A DNA stretch of 55,165 bases from Actinomycetota bacterium (GTDB lineage Bacteria > Actinomycetota > UBA4738 > HRBIN12). Below, piece by piece: positions 20,850 to 31,700 of the stretch (positions within the stretch are counted from its first letter, which is position 1; each line of letters starts with the position of its first letter). The DNA lies in the NCBI GenBank assembly GCA_044865955.1, contig JBIOTM010000084.1, positions 1 to 55,165 of the forward strand, given 5' to 3'. The notes under the pieces were generated by a model. It was given only the letters and a program-made list of their open reading frames with translations, was not told where the DNA came from and did not search any database. The position numbers and the translations under genes were made by a program.

Positions 20850-21074
20850 TCACGGCCGGCACTGCCCGCAGACCTGTCCGTCCACGACCACCTGATCGTG
20901 CGGGGCCGCCAACGCGTGGGCCGGCTGCTTGACCGGCGGGGTCGCGTCGGAGCCCTCGAACGCGGGCCAGAAGGCGAGCGCGATCACCGTGATCATCACG
21001 ATCATCAGCAGGCTCGCGACCCAGGTCGCGTTCCACCGCACTCCCGGGCGAAGGGTCTCCGCGTTCGAGCTCAC
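20850..21074 (-). CDS. Small membrane-anchored protein with C-terminal CxxC (short paralog C, 74 aa)
   Basis: RBS GAGGGAGAGG before GTG 21074; one TM helix; ends HDQVVVDGQVCGQCRP. Confidence 0.75.
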   Translation of the reverse strand: MSSNAETLRPGVRWNATWVASLLMIVMITVIALAFWPAFEGSDATPPVKQPAHALAAPHDQVVVDGQVCGQCRP

Positions 21075-21107
21075 GATGGGCCTCTCCCTCGAACCTGATC
21101 TTCCGGG

Positions 21108-21173
21108 AGCGTAGGCAGCTCCCCCCGCCGCGGCGGTGGCATCGAGCACGTTGTTCGTGTGACCTTGGTCACA
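21108..21173 (-). promoter_or_regulatory. Promoter of paralog C: -10 box plus two CRP-like boxes, one a perfect consensus
   Basis: -10 TACGCT (21108-21113); GGTGG-N6-GCACG (21135-21150); TGTGA-CCTTGG-TCACA (21158-21173). Confidence 0.7.
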
Positions 21174-21214
21174 CAACGAGAGGCCCCTGTGGATCGGCCA
21201 CTATGATCGAGGGG

Positions 21215-22328
21215 ATGACCGACCACACCGAACGCCTCCGCACGCTCCGCGGCCGGATCCTGGCCGCGAAGGAGTTCCTTTGACGTCGACGGAAAGCGCA
21301 CGAGGCTGACCGAGGTCGAACGGGAAGCGTCGGACCCCTCGATCTGGGACGACCCGTCCCGCGGGCAGGAGCTCACTCAGCGCCTCGCTCGCCTCAGGGA
21401 CGAGATCGATCGCTACGACCGGCTCGAGCGCGCGCTCGGCGACCTGCAGGCGACCGACGAGCTCCTGGAGGACGAGGCCGACCCCGAGCTGACGCGGGAG
21501 CTCGAGGCCGGCCTGGAGCGGCTCGAGCAGGAGCTCGAACGGGTCGAGCTCGGCGCGCTCCTGTCCGGCCCGTACGACGGGCACGACGCGATCGCCACGG
21601 TCCAGGCGGGCGCCGGCGGGACCGAGTCCCAGGACTGGGCCGACATGCTCCTGCGGATGTACGCGAGGTGGGCCGAGCGCGAGGGGTTCCGGATGGAGGT
21701 GGACGAAGCCCATCCCGGCGAGGAGGCGGGGATCAAGTCGGCGACGTTCATGGTGCACGGTCCGAACGCCTACGGGCTCCTCTCGGCGGAGCGGGGGGTC
21801 CACCGGCTCGTGCGCATCAGCCCCTTCGACGCGCAGAAGCGCCGGCACACCTCGTTCGCGGCGCTGGACGTGATCCCGCTCCTCGAGCGATCCGAGGAGG
21901 AGGAGGTGGAGATCCCCGACGACGATCTGCGGGTCGACGTCTTCCGCTCCTCCGGGCCCGGGGGCCAATCGGTGAACACGACGGATTCCGCCGTCCGGAT
22001 CACCCACCTGCCGTCGGGCATCGTCGTCGCCTGTCAGAACGAGCGCTCGCAGCTGCAGAACCGAGCCGTCGCGATGCGGATCCTGAAGGCGCGGCTGGCC
22101 GAGCTCGAACGCAGGAGGCGCGACGAAGCGATGGACGAGCTGCGAGGGGAACGGAAGGCCGTCGACTTCGGCTCACAGATCCGCTCGTACGTGCTGGCGC
22201 CCTACCAGATGGTGAAGGACCACCGGACCGAGGTCGAGGTGGGGGACCCGTCGCGGGTCCTCGACGGGGACATCGACCGGTTCATCGAGGCCGAGCTCAG
22301 GCGGCGGGCGGCGCCGACCGCCGCCTGA
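21215..22328 (+). CDS. prfB: Peptide chain release factor 2 (programmed +1 frameshift)
   Basis: ORF0 [22 protein letters not shown] followed by a +1 frame containing SPF and GGQ motifs. Confidence 0.97.
21269..21284 (+). other. prfB +1 frameshift cassette
   Basis: AAGGAG-TTC-CTT-TGA-C: internal SD, 3-nt spacer, CUU UGA C. Confidence 0.93.
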
Positions 22329-24702
22329 GGCGGCGTTCCGCGGCGAGCGCGAGCAGGGGCGCGGCCAGGAGGACCAGCCAGACGGCCGCCCCGAGGGCGA
22401 GCCCGACCATCACCGCGTCGTCGTGGTAGGTGAGGGCGACCTCGCGCCGGCCGTCGCCGGTGACGAGGACCCCCTGCAGGAACCCGTCGACCGCGATCGT
22501 GCGCGCGGGGCGGCCGTCGATTTCCGCCCGCCACCCCGGGTCGAACGCGTTCCTGATCGTGAGCACGCCGCCGTCCGGCGGCGCCAGGCGCAGGCGCAGC
22601 TCGGAGGCGGATCGAGCGAGGACCCGCGCGCTCCACGGGACCGAACCTCCGATCGCGGCGTGGACGTCGGGGTCCTCCACGATCGCGGTCCCCGCCGGGT
22701 CGAAGGCCGGCGCCGTGGCCATGGCCAGCGCCTCGCGGACGTCGCGGGCGTACTCGACGTGATCGGTGCCCGTCGCCAGCGGCTCCCGGTCGTCGAGCTC
22801 CCAGAGCGAATAGCCCTCCGCCTCCTCGACCGTCCGGCCGGGGACCGGGGGCGACAACCCCGTGGGGACGATGAGGTAGCGGAGGCCGAGCACGCGGACG
22901 TCCGTCCGGGTGGGCGCGTTCAGCACCGAGGCGTTGTAGAAGACCGAGAGGCGGTTCGTCGCCCTGATGTAGCGCCAGTAGCGGGGGAGCTGGACGGGGT
23001 TGTAGCCGAGCGCGTCGGGGACGCCGAACAGGGTCCCCCGGGACGGCGCCAGGGCGGGCCAGTCCGCCGGCGACTTCATCCACAGGTAGCCCTTCTCGAA
23101 GTAGGCGGCGGGCGGCGCCCACGTGGCGTAGCGGCCGGGCTCTGCCCGCAGACGGTTCACGATCGGCGTGGGGGTGAGGTACGCGGCCTCGTCGAGGTCC
23201 GGGTACCGGAGCACCTGCGGCACGAGGATGGGGTGGTCGCCGGTCTCCAGGCCGGTGAAGATCGTGCCGCCCTCGTACACCTGCGAATAGACGGCGCTCG
23301 CCAGCAGCTCGAGGGTCACCGCGCCCGCGAGCGCCGACGCGCCCGCCCACCGCCACCGTCTCGTGGCGAACCCGTAGAGCACCGGCCCCAGCGCCAGCAG
23401 GAGCACCGCGACCATCACGAAGCGAACCGGGTACCCGCCGGCCAGCAGCGGCCAGCCCACGAACAGGAAGGCGGCGCCGCCCAGCCAGGCGACGGCCGCC
23501 CGTCGGGAGAGCGGGCGCTCGACCAGGCCCTGCAGCCCGGCGGCAGCCAGCACGGGGAGGGCGAGGATCGCCACGTAGCGCAGTCGTCCGGGATTGTGCA
23601 GGTACACGTCCCCGAACGGGATCTTGAGGACGGACGCGCGGAACCACCCCGCGGCCAGCAGGATCGGGGAGGTCAGCACGTACGCCCCGACGGCGAGGCC
23701 GCCGATCGCGCCCACCGTCGTCCGGATCCGGCGGGCGCGGGCCGCCAGGAGCACGAGCGCGAGCGCTGCCGCGCCGGCGTAGGCGCCCGGCGCGGCGGCG
23801 AACCCGAGCGGCCAAGCCGCCCAGACGCCGTGGGAGCCGAGGGCGTCCCCGACCTCGGAGGCACCGGGATCCCCGAGGGCGCCGTAGCCACCTCGGAGGC
23901 TCGAGCCGCCGAGGAAGTCGATGTGCGGGATCAGGATCGCCAGCGCAGCCAGCGGCAGGACGACCAGGAACAAAGCAGTCCGAGCGGCGGCGGACCGCGC
24001 GGAGCACGCGCCGGCGCGCGTATCGGCCACGGCCCCCGCGGCGAGGTAGATCGTCGCGAAGGCCGTGGCGATCACCAGCCCGTGGCTCATGTGGGCTGCG
24101 GCCACCTGCGACCATGCGAACGCCCCGACGGCGAGCCAGGTCAGCCGTCCCGACCGGCGAGCGGCCCGACGGTAGCCGGAGGCGGCCAGGAGCAGGACGG
24201 CCGTCCACGCGAGGGCCCCGGCGAACGGCAGCGAGATGGCGATCATGGACGTCGCCATCGTCATCGCCAGCACGAGTCCCCCCACGGTCGCGGCCACCCG
24301 CCCCAGCGTCTCCTTCCGCAGGAACGCGTACAGCGCCAGGCCCGCGACGAGCGGGTTCCAGGCGATGAAGATCCGGAGTGCGAGGCCGGGGGAGAACGCC
24401 GAGAAGAGCAGCATCGGCGGGGCGTACAGCCATCCGCTCTGGGGGTCGGCGGCGAACCGGTAGCCTGCCATCTCGAACGGGTTCCACAGCGGGATGTCGC
24501 CGGCGGCGATCGATCTGCCGAGGAACGCCCATCTGGGCAGCCAGAAGGTCAGCAGGTCCGGATGCTGGTTCGTGAGCCCTGCGTCCAGGACGAACCCGCG
24601 GAGCGCGAAGAGGACGGAGGCGACGATCAGGACGGGTCCGACCCAGACGGCGGCTCGCCGTCCCGCGCGCGGCGCGGGTCCGCCCGCATCCGCGGCGTCC
24701 AC
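22297..24702 (-). CDS. YfhO-like multipass membrane protein (GT-C-type glycosyltransferase)
   Basis: [17 protein letters not shown]...YAP, many TM helices, C-terminal [10 protein letters not shown]...VDGFLQGV. Confidence 0.75.
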   Translation of the reverse strand: MDAADAGGPAPRAGRRAAVWVGPVLIVASVLFALRGFVLDAGLTNQHPDLLTFWLPRWAFLGRSIAAGDIPLWNPFEMAGYRFAADPQSGWLYAPPMLLFSAFSPGLALRIFIAWNPLVAGLALYAFLRKETLGRVAATVGGLVLAMTMATSMIAISLPFAGALAWTAVLLLAASGYRRAARRSGRLTWLAVGAFAWSQVAAAHMSHGLVIATAFATIYLAAGAVADTRAGACSARSAAARTALFLVVLPLAALAILIPHIDFLGGSSLRGGYGALGDPGASEVGDALGSHGVWAAWPLGFAAAPGAYAGAAALALVLLAARARRIRTTVGAIGGLAVGAYVLTSPILLAAGWFRASVLKIPFGDVYLHNPGRLRYVAILALPVLAAAGLQGLVERPLSRRAAVAWLGGAAFLFVGWPLLAGGYPVRFVMVAVLLLALGPVLYGFATRRWRWAGASALAGAVTLELLASAVYSQVYEGGTIFTGLETGDHPILVPQVLRYPDLDEAAYLTPTPIVNRLRAEPGRYATWAPPAAYFEKGYLWMKSPADWPALAPSRGTLFGVPDALGYNPVQLPRYWRYIRATNRLSVFYNASVLNAPTRTDVRVLGLRYLIVPTGLSPPVPGRTVEEAEGYSLWELDDREPLATGTDHVEYARDVREALAMATAPAFDPAGTAIVEDPDVHAAIGGSVPWSARVLARSASELRLRLAPPDGGVLTIRNAFDPGWRAEIDGRPARTIAVDGFLQGVLVTGDGRREVALTYHDDAVMVGLALGAAVWLVLLAAPLLALAAERRLRRRSAPPAA

Positions 24703-24789
24703 GGCCGCCAGACTACGGCACGTTCATCGGTTCCGCGGAAGACCTCTGGTACTGTGGGCCGACCCCGTCCAGAGTCGATCCGTCATCTC

Positions 24790-25467
24790 ATGATCAGCCT
24801 CCAGAGCGTTACCAAGGTCTACCGCAACGGCGTGACCGCCCTCGAAGACGTCTCCGTGGAGATCGACAAGGGCGAGTTCGTCTTCGTCGTGGGCCCGTCC
24901 GGCTCCGGGAAGTCCACGATGATCCGCCTGCTGCTCAAGCAGGAGGAGGCCACGCGTGGTGAGGTGTTCGTCGCCGGCAAGAACCTCTCGAAGGTGACGT
25001 CGTTCAAGGTCCCGCACCTCCGGCGGAACGTCGGGACGGTCTTCCAGGACTACAAGCTCCTGCAGGACAAGACCACCTTCGAGAACGTCGCCTTCGCGCT
25101 CGAGGTGATCGGCAAGCCGAAGCACGTGATCGACCAGCGGGTGCCGGAGATCCTCGAGTACGTCGGCCTGGGTGACAAGCTGAACTCGTACCCCGACGAG
25201 CTCTCGGGCGGCGAGCAGCAGCGCGTGTCGATCGCCCGGGCGTGCGTGAACCGACCGCTCGTGCTGCTGGCGGACGAGCCGACCGGCAACCTCGACCCGA
25301 ACACCTCCGTCGACATCATGCGGCTGCTCGACAAGGTGAACCGGATCGGCACGACGATCCTGATGGCCACCCACGACCAGGCGATCGTGGACGCGATGCG
25401 CAAGCGCGTGGTCGAGCTGGACGAGGGTCGGGTCGTGCGGGACCAGTCGCGAGGCGTCTACAGCTGA
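24790..25467 (+). CDS. ftsE: Cell-division ABC ATPase FtsE
   Basis: [37 protein letters not shown]; upstream of ftsX-smpB. Confidence 0.95.
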   Translation: MISLQSVTKVYRNGVTALEDVSVEIDKGEFVFVVGPSGSGKSTMIRLLLKQEEATRGEVFVAGKNLSKVTSFKVPHLRRNVGTVFQDYKLLQDKTTFENVAFALEVIGKPKHVIDQRVPEILEYVGLGDKLNSYPDELSGGEQQRVSIARACVNRPLVLLADEPTGNLDPNTSVDIMRLLDKVNRIGTTILMATHDQAIVDAMRKRVVELDEGRVVRDQSRGVYS

Positions 25468-26390
25468 TGGTACGGCTCGAGTACTTCTTCCGCGAGACCG
25501 CTGCGGGCCTCCGGCGCAACGGCGTCGTGGCCTTCGCGGCGATGTCGACTGCTTTCATCGCGTTGTTCCTGTTCGGGCTCTCTCTTTTGATCGCGCGGGA
25601 GTTCAGCCTCGTCCGCCGTGCAACGACCGGGAACGTGGAGGTCCAGGTCTACCTGGCCGATCCCGTGAACCCCAGCACGGTGGCTCGTCTGACCGACAAA
25701 CTCCTGCGCGTTCCCGCCGTCGGCCATGTCCAGTACTGGGACAAGGAGCGCTCCTGCGAGCAGTTCCGAGTGCTCTTCGCCAACAACCCCGTGTACCTGG
25801 AGAACTTCGACTGTCTCAAGCGGATCCCGACATCGCTCCGGATCAAGCTCGACGACATCGGGGGATTCGATCAGATCACCGCCGTGCTCGGCTGCACGGT
25901 GGTCACTGAACCGGATGGCGACCAGCATCAGCAATGTGCGGAACCCGGGGTTCGGAGCGTGGCCGACTACAAGGAACTGCTGGACCGGCTCGACTCGATC
26001 ACCAGGATCCTGTCCCTCGGCGTTCTCGGGGTCGCCTTGATCATGCTCGTCTCAGCCGTCGGACTCGTGGCGAACACGCTCCGGATGGGGATGTTCGCGA
26101 GGCGCAAGGAGATCGGCATCATGCGGCTGGTCGGTGCGACCAACTGGCGCATCCGTGTGCCGTTCCTGATCGAGGGCCTCGTCGAGGCGCTGCTCGGTGG
26201 GGCGTCGGCGATCGCTGGCTTGTTCCTGGTGAAGGTCCTCGCCATCGATCAGTTCCGCGACGCGGTTCCCTGGCTGCCCCTGATCAGGAACACGGACCTG
26301 GTGGCGGTCATGCCGTGGATCCTGCTGGCCGCCTTCGTGGTGGCGATCGTGGCCGGCACGATCGGGATGCGCCGGTTCCTCGACGTGTGA
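25467..26390 (+). CDS. ftsX: Cell-division permease FtsX
   Basis: GLRRN N-terminus, four TM helices, RRKEIGIMRLVGATNWRIRVPFLIEG. Confidence 0.93.
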   Translation: MVRLEYFFRETAAGLRRNGVVAFAAMSTAFIALFLFGLSLLIAREFSLVRRATTGNVEVQVYLADPVNPSTVARLTDKLLRVPAVGHVQYWDKERSCEQFRVLFANNPVYLENFDCLKRIPTSLRIKLDDIGGFDQITAVLGCTVVTEPDGDQHQQCAEPGVRSVADYKELLDRLDSITRILSLGVLGVALIMLVSAVGLVANTLRMGMFARRKEIGIMRLVGATNWRIRVPFLIEGLVEALLGGASAIAGLFLVKVLAIDQFRDAVPWLPLIRNTDLVAVMPWILLAAFVVAIVAGTIGMRRFLDV

Positions 26391-26393
26391 GCG

Positions 26394-26864
26394 ATGGGAC
26401 GCTCGGCGGCCGAAGGCGAGAAGACGGTCGCCACGAACCGGAAGGCCCGCCACGACTACGCGATCCTGGAGCGGTTCGAGGCCGGGATCGCCCTGACCGG
26501 TGACGAGGTGAAGTCGCTGCGCGGGGGACGCGCCTCGCTGGCGGAGTCGTTCGCCCGCGTCCGGGAGGGCGAGGTGTGGCTCGAGGGGATGCACATCCCG
26601 CCGTACGAGGCGGGGGACAAGCGGACGCACCTGCCCGTGCGGCCGAGGAAGCTGCTCCTGCATCGGCGCGAGATCGGCCAGCTCAGGGCGGCGCAGGAGC
26701 AGCAGCGGCTCACGTTGGTGCCCCTGCGGGTGTACTTCACGCACGGGCTGGCCAAGGTGGAGCTGGCGCTCGCGAGAGGGAAGCGGACCCACGAGAAGCG
26801 GCAGGCCATCGCCGAGCGCGAGCACGAGCGGGAGATCCGTCGGGAGCTCGGCCGGCGTCGCTGA
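26394..26864 (+). CDS. smpB: SsrA-binding protein SmpB
   Basis: NRKARHDY, EAGIALTGDEVKSLR, RKLLLHRREI, RGKRTHEKR. Confidence 0.98.
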   Translation: MGRSAAEGEKTVATNRKARHDYAILERFEAGIALTGDEVKSLRGGRASLAESFARVREGEVWLEGMHIPPYEAGDKRTHLPVRPRKLLLHRREIGQLRAAQEQQRLTLVPLRVYFTHGLAKVELALARGKRTHEKRQAIAEREHEREIRRELGRRR

Positions 26865-26881
26865 TGTCGTACCGTCGTGCG

Positions 26882-28303
26882 ATGCCTCCGACCGCACCGG
26901 ATCCGGACGAGCTCGATGCCGTCGTCGCGTTCGTCTCCGACGAGGTCACGAAGTACCTCGACTCGCTCGGCGATCGCCCCGTCCGGGAGCCCCAAGCGGA
27001 GGAGGTCGCGGCCTCGTTCGGCGGGTCGCTTCCCGAGGAGGGGGTGGGCGCCGTCGCCGCCCTGCAGGAGCTGCTGGACGGCGCCGGCGGCCTCGTCCAC
27101 TCGGCGGGGCCGCGGTTCTTCCACTTCGTCAACGGCGGGACGACGCCGGCGGCGCTCGGGGCGGACTGGCTGACGTCCACGTGGGATCAGAACCCCGGCG
27201 CGTGGGTGGCGACGCCGCTCGGCGGGCACCTGGAATCGGTGGCCCTGGGGTGGCTCAAGGAGCTGTTCGGGCTGCCGTCGGGATGGGGCGGCGTGCTCAC
27301 CACCGGCGCCACGATGGCCAACTTCACGGCCTTGGCGTGCGCCCGGCGGTGGTGGGGGCTGCGGCACGGAGTGGACGTGGACGCGGAGGGGCTGGGCGGC
27401 TTGCCGCGGATGCCCGTGTTCGGCTCGGGCTACGTCCATCCGAGCGATGTCAAGGCCCTCGCCATGCTGGGCTTGGGCCGCCACGCCGTCCGGAAGCTGG
27501 CCCGGGACGGCGTGGGCCGCCTCGATCTGGATGCGCTCGAGCGCGAGCTGGTCGCGCTCGACGGCGCGCCCGCCGTCGTCATCGCGAGCGCCGGGGAGGT
27601 GAACGCGGGCGACTTCGATCCCGTGGTCGCGATGGCGGACCTCGCCGAACGCCACGAAGCCTGGCTGCACGTCGACGGCGCCTTCGGTCTGTTCGCCGCG
27701 CTCTCGGATCGGTCCCGGCATCTGGTCGAGGGCGTCGATCGGGCGGATTCCGTCATCGCCGACGGCCACAAGTGGCTGAACGTCCCCTACGACTGCGGGT
27801 TCGCGTTCGTCAAGGATCCCTCCCTGCAGGCGCCGGTCTTCACGTCCGGCGCCGCCTACCTCCCGGACCCCACCGGCCCGAAGCCCACGTGGGGCTACCT
27901 CGGGCCCGAGATGTCCCGGCGGGCTCGGGCGTTCACCGTGTGGGCGACGCTCCGGGCGTACGGGCGGATCGGCTACCGGGCGATCGTCGAGCGCCACCTC
28001 GACCTCGCCGAGCACCTCGCCGCCAGGATCGACGCCGAGCCGGACCTCGAGCGCCTCGCGGACGTGCGGCTCAACATCGTGTGCTTCCGCTACCGCCCCG
28101 AGCGCTACGGCGAGGAGCGCTTGAACGAGCTGAATCGCAGGATCGGGGAGGAGGCGCTCCTCGACGGCAGGGTCTTCTTCGGGACGACGGAGTACGACGG
28201 CAAGGTCGCCTTCCGGCCGGCGCCGGTCAACTGGCGCAACCGCACCGAGCACGTCGACCTGATCGTGGACGTCGTCCGTGAGCTGGGGGAGCGGCTCGCC
28301 TGA
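26882..28303 (+). CDS. Group II PLP-dependent decarboxylase
   Basis: LTTGATMAN, WLHVDGAFG, DGHKWL (PLP lysine), SRRARA. Alternative start 26864. Confidence 0.9.
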   Translation: MPPTAPDPDELDAVVAFVSDEVTKYLDSLGDRPVREPQAEEVAASFGGSLPEEGVGAVAALQELLDGAGGLVHSAGPRFFHFVNGGTTPAALGADWLTSTWDQNPGAWVATPLGGHLESVALGWLKELFGLPSGWGGVLTTGATMANFTALACARRWWGLRHGVDVDAEGLGGLPRMPVFGSGYVHPSDVKALAMLGLGRHAVRKLARDGVGRLDLDALERELVALDGAPAVVIASAGEVNAGDFDPVVAMADLAERHEAWLHVDGAFGLFAALSDRSRHLVEGVDRADSVIADGHKWLNVPYDCGFAFVKDPSLQAPVFTSGAAYLPDPTGPKPTWGYLGPEMSRRARAFTVWATLRAYGRIGYRAIVERHLDLAEHLAARIDAEPDLERLADVRLNIVCFRYRPERYGEERLNELNRRIGEEALLDGRVFFGTTEYDGKVAFRPAPVNWRNRTEHVDLIVDVVRELGERLA

Positions 28304-28346
28304 GCGGCGGCCTCGAGGGGCGTGGGCCCGCCCTGTGACCTGCCGC

Positions 28347-28352
28347 TATACT
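28347..28352 (+). promoter_or_regulatory. -10 box (TATACT) of ssrA
   Basis: 18 nt upstream of the mature tmRNA 5' end, consistent with a short precursor leader. Confidence 0.65.
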
Positions 28353-28370
28353 GGTACGACAACTACATAC

Positions 28371-28717
28371 GGGGGTGTACTGGCTTCGAGCAGGACGGTT
28401 ATCGCCTGGGAGAAGCGGGCCGAGATCCGGAGTCTCGTAAAACGCCGGAACAACACAAGCGCCAACGAAGAGTACGCGCTCGCTGCCTAGTCACTAGGTA
28501 GCTGTCCTCCCCGGAGGGCCTGCGGCCGGGACAGGGCATCGTGTGGCAGGCCTCACCGAAGGGGTTCCGCCCGGGGACCCCCGAGGGACACCTCACCCGG
28601 GCTGGCCGAGGGGTCCTCCGCCGGTGGGAGCCCCGAGGTGAGATCTCTCCGCCGGCTGCGCCCGGAGAAGTCCCAGACGGTCGCCCTGCGACAGGGGTTC
28701 GAATCCCCTCACCTCCA
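28371..28717 (+). ncRNA. ssrA: tmRNA
   Basis: 5' GGGGGTG pairs with 3' CACCTCC-A with a G3:U wobble. T-arm GGGG-TTCGAAT-CCCC. Internal tag ORF. CCA not encoded. Near smpB. Confidence 0.97.
28461..28490 (+). other. tmRNA proteolysis tag (A)ANEEYALAA
   Basis: GCC AAC GAA GAG TAC GCG CTC GCT GCC TAG. Confidence 0.9.
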
Positions 28718-28745
28718 CTGCGATTTAACAGACGGCCGCCCGACG

Positions 28746-31700
28746 TTAGCCGTTCGAGGCAACCTGCCGGGCCTCGGTGGCGCTTGCCAGGGCTCTCATG
28801 CGTTCCAGGCGCTCGGCGACGTCCTGCGCAGCGGCTCGGGCCACGTCCCTCTCCAGCTCCAGCAACGGAAGCAGGTCGACCATGAGCCGGGCCGCCGTGT
28901 AGCGCTCGCCATAGGCGTCCAGCGACGACGCGGCCCCCGTCGCCGCTGCCATCGCTTCGGCCGGGGCACCGGACCTCGCGAGCTGCACCGCCTCGCCCCA
29001 GTCCGCGAGCCAGTCGAGATAGGGGGCACATGCCGGTCCCGATAGGGATCGGGCCTCCTCCGCGAGGTGCCGGAACCGGTCCCGATCACCGGTCAGGGCA
29101 CGGAGTGGTAGCTCGGCGCGAAGCTTGTAGATCCTCTCCACGACGCTCTCCGGGTCTTCGATGCCCTCCAACCTCCGAAGTGAGTCCTCAAGGCCCGCAA
29201 GGGGGCGAAGGATCTCCACGGCGTGAGAGCGCGGGAAGACGATCCGACGCTTCGGGATGGCCAGATCGAGGAGCTCGATCGCGCGAACGGCAGCCGACGT
29301 GTCCTCTGCCTCGAATCGCGCGAGGACGTGTCCGACAAGGGCGATGGTTCCCAACCCGCACGTGTGACTACCTTCCTCGACAACCAGGTCCACGACGTGG
29401 GCCGTGGCGTCGAGGAGCTTCTCGAGTCGACCGGTTGGAACCAGATAGCTGGCTTGAGCAAATGCCGCATGGAGCCGGTGATGTGGACTGAGAGCAGCGG
29501 CCTGGCTCGCCGCTTCGTCGGCAACTTCCTCGGCCTCCCCGTACCGCCCCGCTTCGCAAAAGGCCTTCGCTGCCATCACGAGCATCTCGTGCGCCTGTAC
29601 TCGGTCGGCCATGCTTCGACCCACTTTGAGCGTTCGCTCGGCGATCTCCGCGGAACCGCAGAAGCCCTCTTCCTCAACGAGAGAGGCCAGCGCATCGAGC
29701 GCATGGGAGAGGAGATACGGGGAGTTGATCGTCTCGGCGATCTCGATGCCTCGCTCGGCGTCACGCCGCGCGTCTTCCTTCTCGTGAGGAGCCAGTTCCC
29801 AGTCCCGGAACGCCGAACGCCCGGTAAGCAGGGCGCCGGTCTCGAACGTCATCGCACCTTCGCCGGCTTCTTCCAGCCCTCGCCGCACGATGTCGACGGC
29901 TTGGGCTTTCCATTCATCCGTGGTGAAGGCCCCTCCGTACCGAGCCCAAAGCAGTGTGGCATTCGCGCTCAGCCTGGAGACCGCCTCCGCGTCTCCCATC
30001 TGCCGGGCGATGTCCAGGGCCCCGCGGTAGCAGAACCAGGCGTCGTCGGCACGGACGGCGGCGTGAGCAGCCAGCGCCTTCAGCTCGAGCCCGGCCAGCC
30101 GTTCGGCATCGGTAGTCGCGAGGGCCAGGGCGCGCTCTGCGAACCCGACCGCTTGGTCGGTGGCGAACCGTGTCTTGGCGGCGCTCCCGGCATCGAGCAG
30201 GGCTGCGACCGCCCTGGACCGGATCTCTTCACGGTGCGACGCATCATCGGGCCATGCGAGGGCCGCCTCCTCCGACTGCGCCGCACAGCCATAGTGGTAG
30301 GCGAGGAGATCGACGAATTCCTCCCGGCGGTCGCCGGCGACCCGTTCGACCCATCGCCCCACGGCTGCGTGCGCTCTGGCGCGCCTGCCCTTGGGGATCG
30401 ATTGGTAGGCGACCTCGCGCGTCAGGCCGTGATTGAAAGACAGCTCCGTCTGGCCGGGCAGCGATGAGGTGGGCCTCGTGACGACGAGTCCCTTGTTCTC
30501 GAGCGCCCGGAGAGCCGCCCGGATCGGGGCATCGGCGCGCATCGATTCGAGAGTCGTGACCCAGAAGATCCGCCCCACCACCGCCGCGTCCTGCAGCGCC
30601 GCCTTCTCCTCGGCGGGAAGTGAATCCACTCGAGCGGCGAGCAAAGCGCGCACCGTGTCGGGGATCGTGAGGATGGAATCGAGCTTCATCTCGACGATCT
30701 CGTGACCCTCGCGCTCCAGGACACCCTCGTCGATGAGGTGACGGACGATCTCCTCGGAGAAGAACGCGTTTCCTTCGGCTGCGGAAAGGATCCTCTCGCG
30801 AAGCTCGGGGCCAACGTTGGGCAACATCTCCCCCAAGAGCTCACGCGATTGAGCGTCCGTGAGCGGCTCGAGCCCGATCTGGGACATCGCCGGCTTGGAG
30901 CTCCAGCCCGGTCGCGCCTCCGCGAACTCGGGGCGGCCCGTGGCGATGATCAGTACCTGCCCCGTCGAGCGTGAGACCAGGTGCTCCATCATGTCGAGCA
31001 GGGGCGGCTCGGCCCGGTGAAGATCCTCGATCACGACCGTGACTGGCCGTTCGGCGGCGAGAACGCTGAGGAACCGGGGCCAAGCCAGGCTGAGCTCCTC
31101 GCCGACGGATTCCGGCGACATCCGGTCGAAGGGATTGCCCGGAAGGGAGATGCCCGCGGTCGTGGCGAGGGCGTACATCACCTGGTCCACCTCGAAGGCA
31201 TCGACACCCGATCCCTCGAACACTCCCCGAACGAGCTTCTGTAGCTTTTCGCCCGCAAGCGCGCTTTGGTCATCGAGGAGGATTCCGGCGGCCGCCCACA
31301 AGATCTCCCTGAGCGCCCAGTACGTGATGCCTTCCCCGTACGGGAGGCAGCGACCCCCGTACACCGCCGTGGGTGGATCGCCGGATTGAGCTCGGGCCAG
31401 GAATTCCTCCGTAAGGCGCGTCTTCCCGATGCCCGCCTGGCCCAGGACCGTCACGAGGTGGGGACGAGCTCCCTCCAGGGTCGCTCGATACAGGGTCTCG
31501 AGGAGAGCGAGTTCCCGGTCACGCCCCACGAGCCTGGTGGCTGGTCCCGGCACTCCACGGGGTCCCGTCGCCTCCCCCCGGTCGATCAACCGCCAGGCCC
31601 GCACGGGCCTCGATTTGCCTCTGAGCTCCCTCTCCTTGATCGGCTCGAAGACGAACATCCTCCGTGTCGCGAGATAAGTGCGCTCCCCGACCACGACCTC

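Noticed and set aside
22297-22328. 32-bp convergent overlap of prfB and the yfhO-like gene
   Set aside because: Short tail-to-tail overlaps are ordinary in high-GC genomes.
28278-29045. ORFs overlapping ssrA (28278..28490, 28399..29031, 28541..28885)
   Set aside because: They fall in the tmRNA; only the tag peptide is meaningful.
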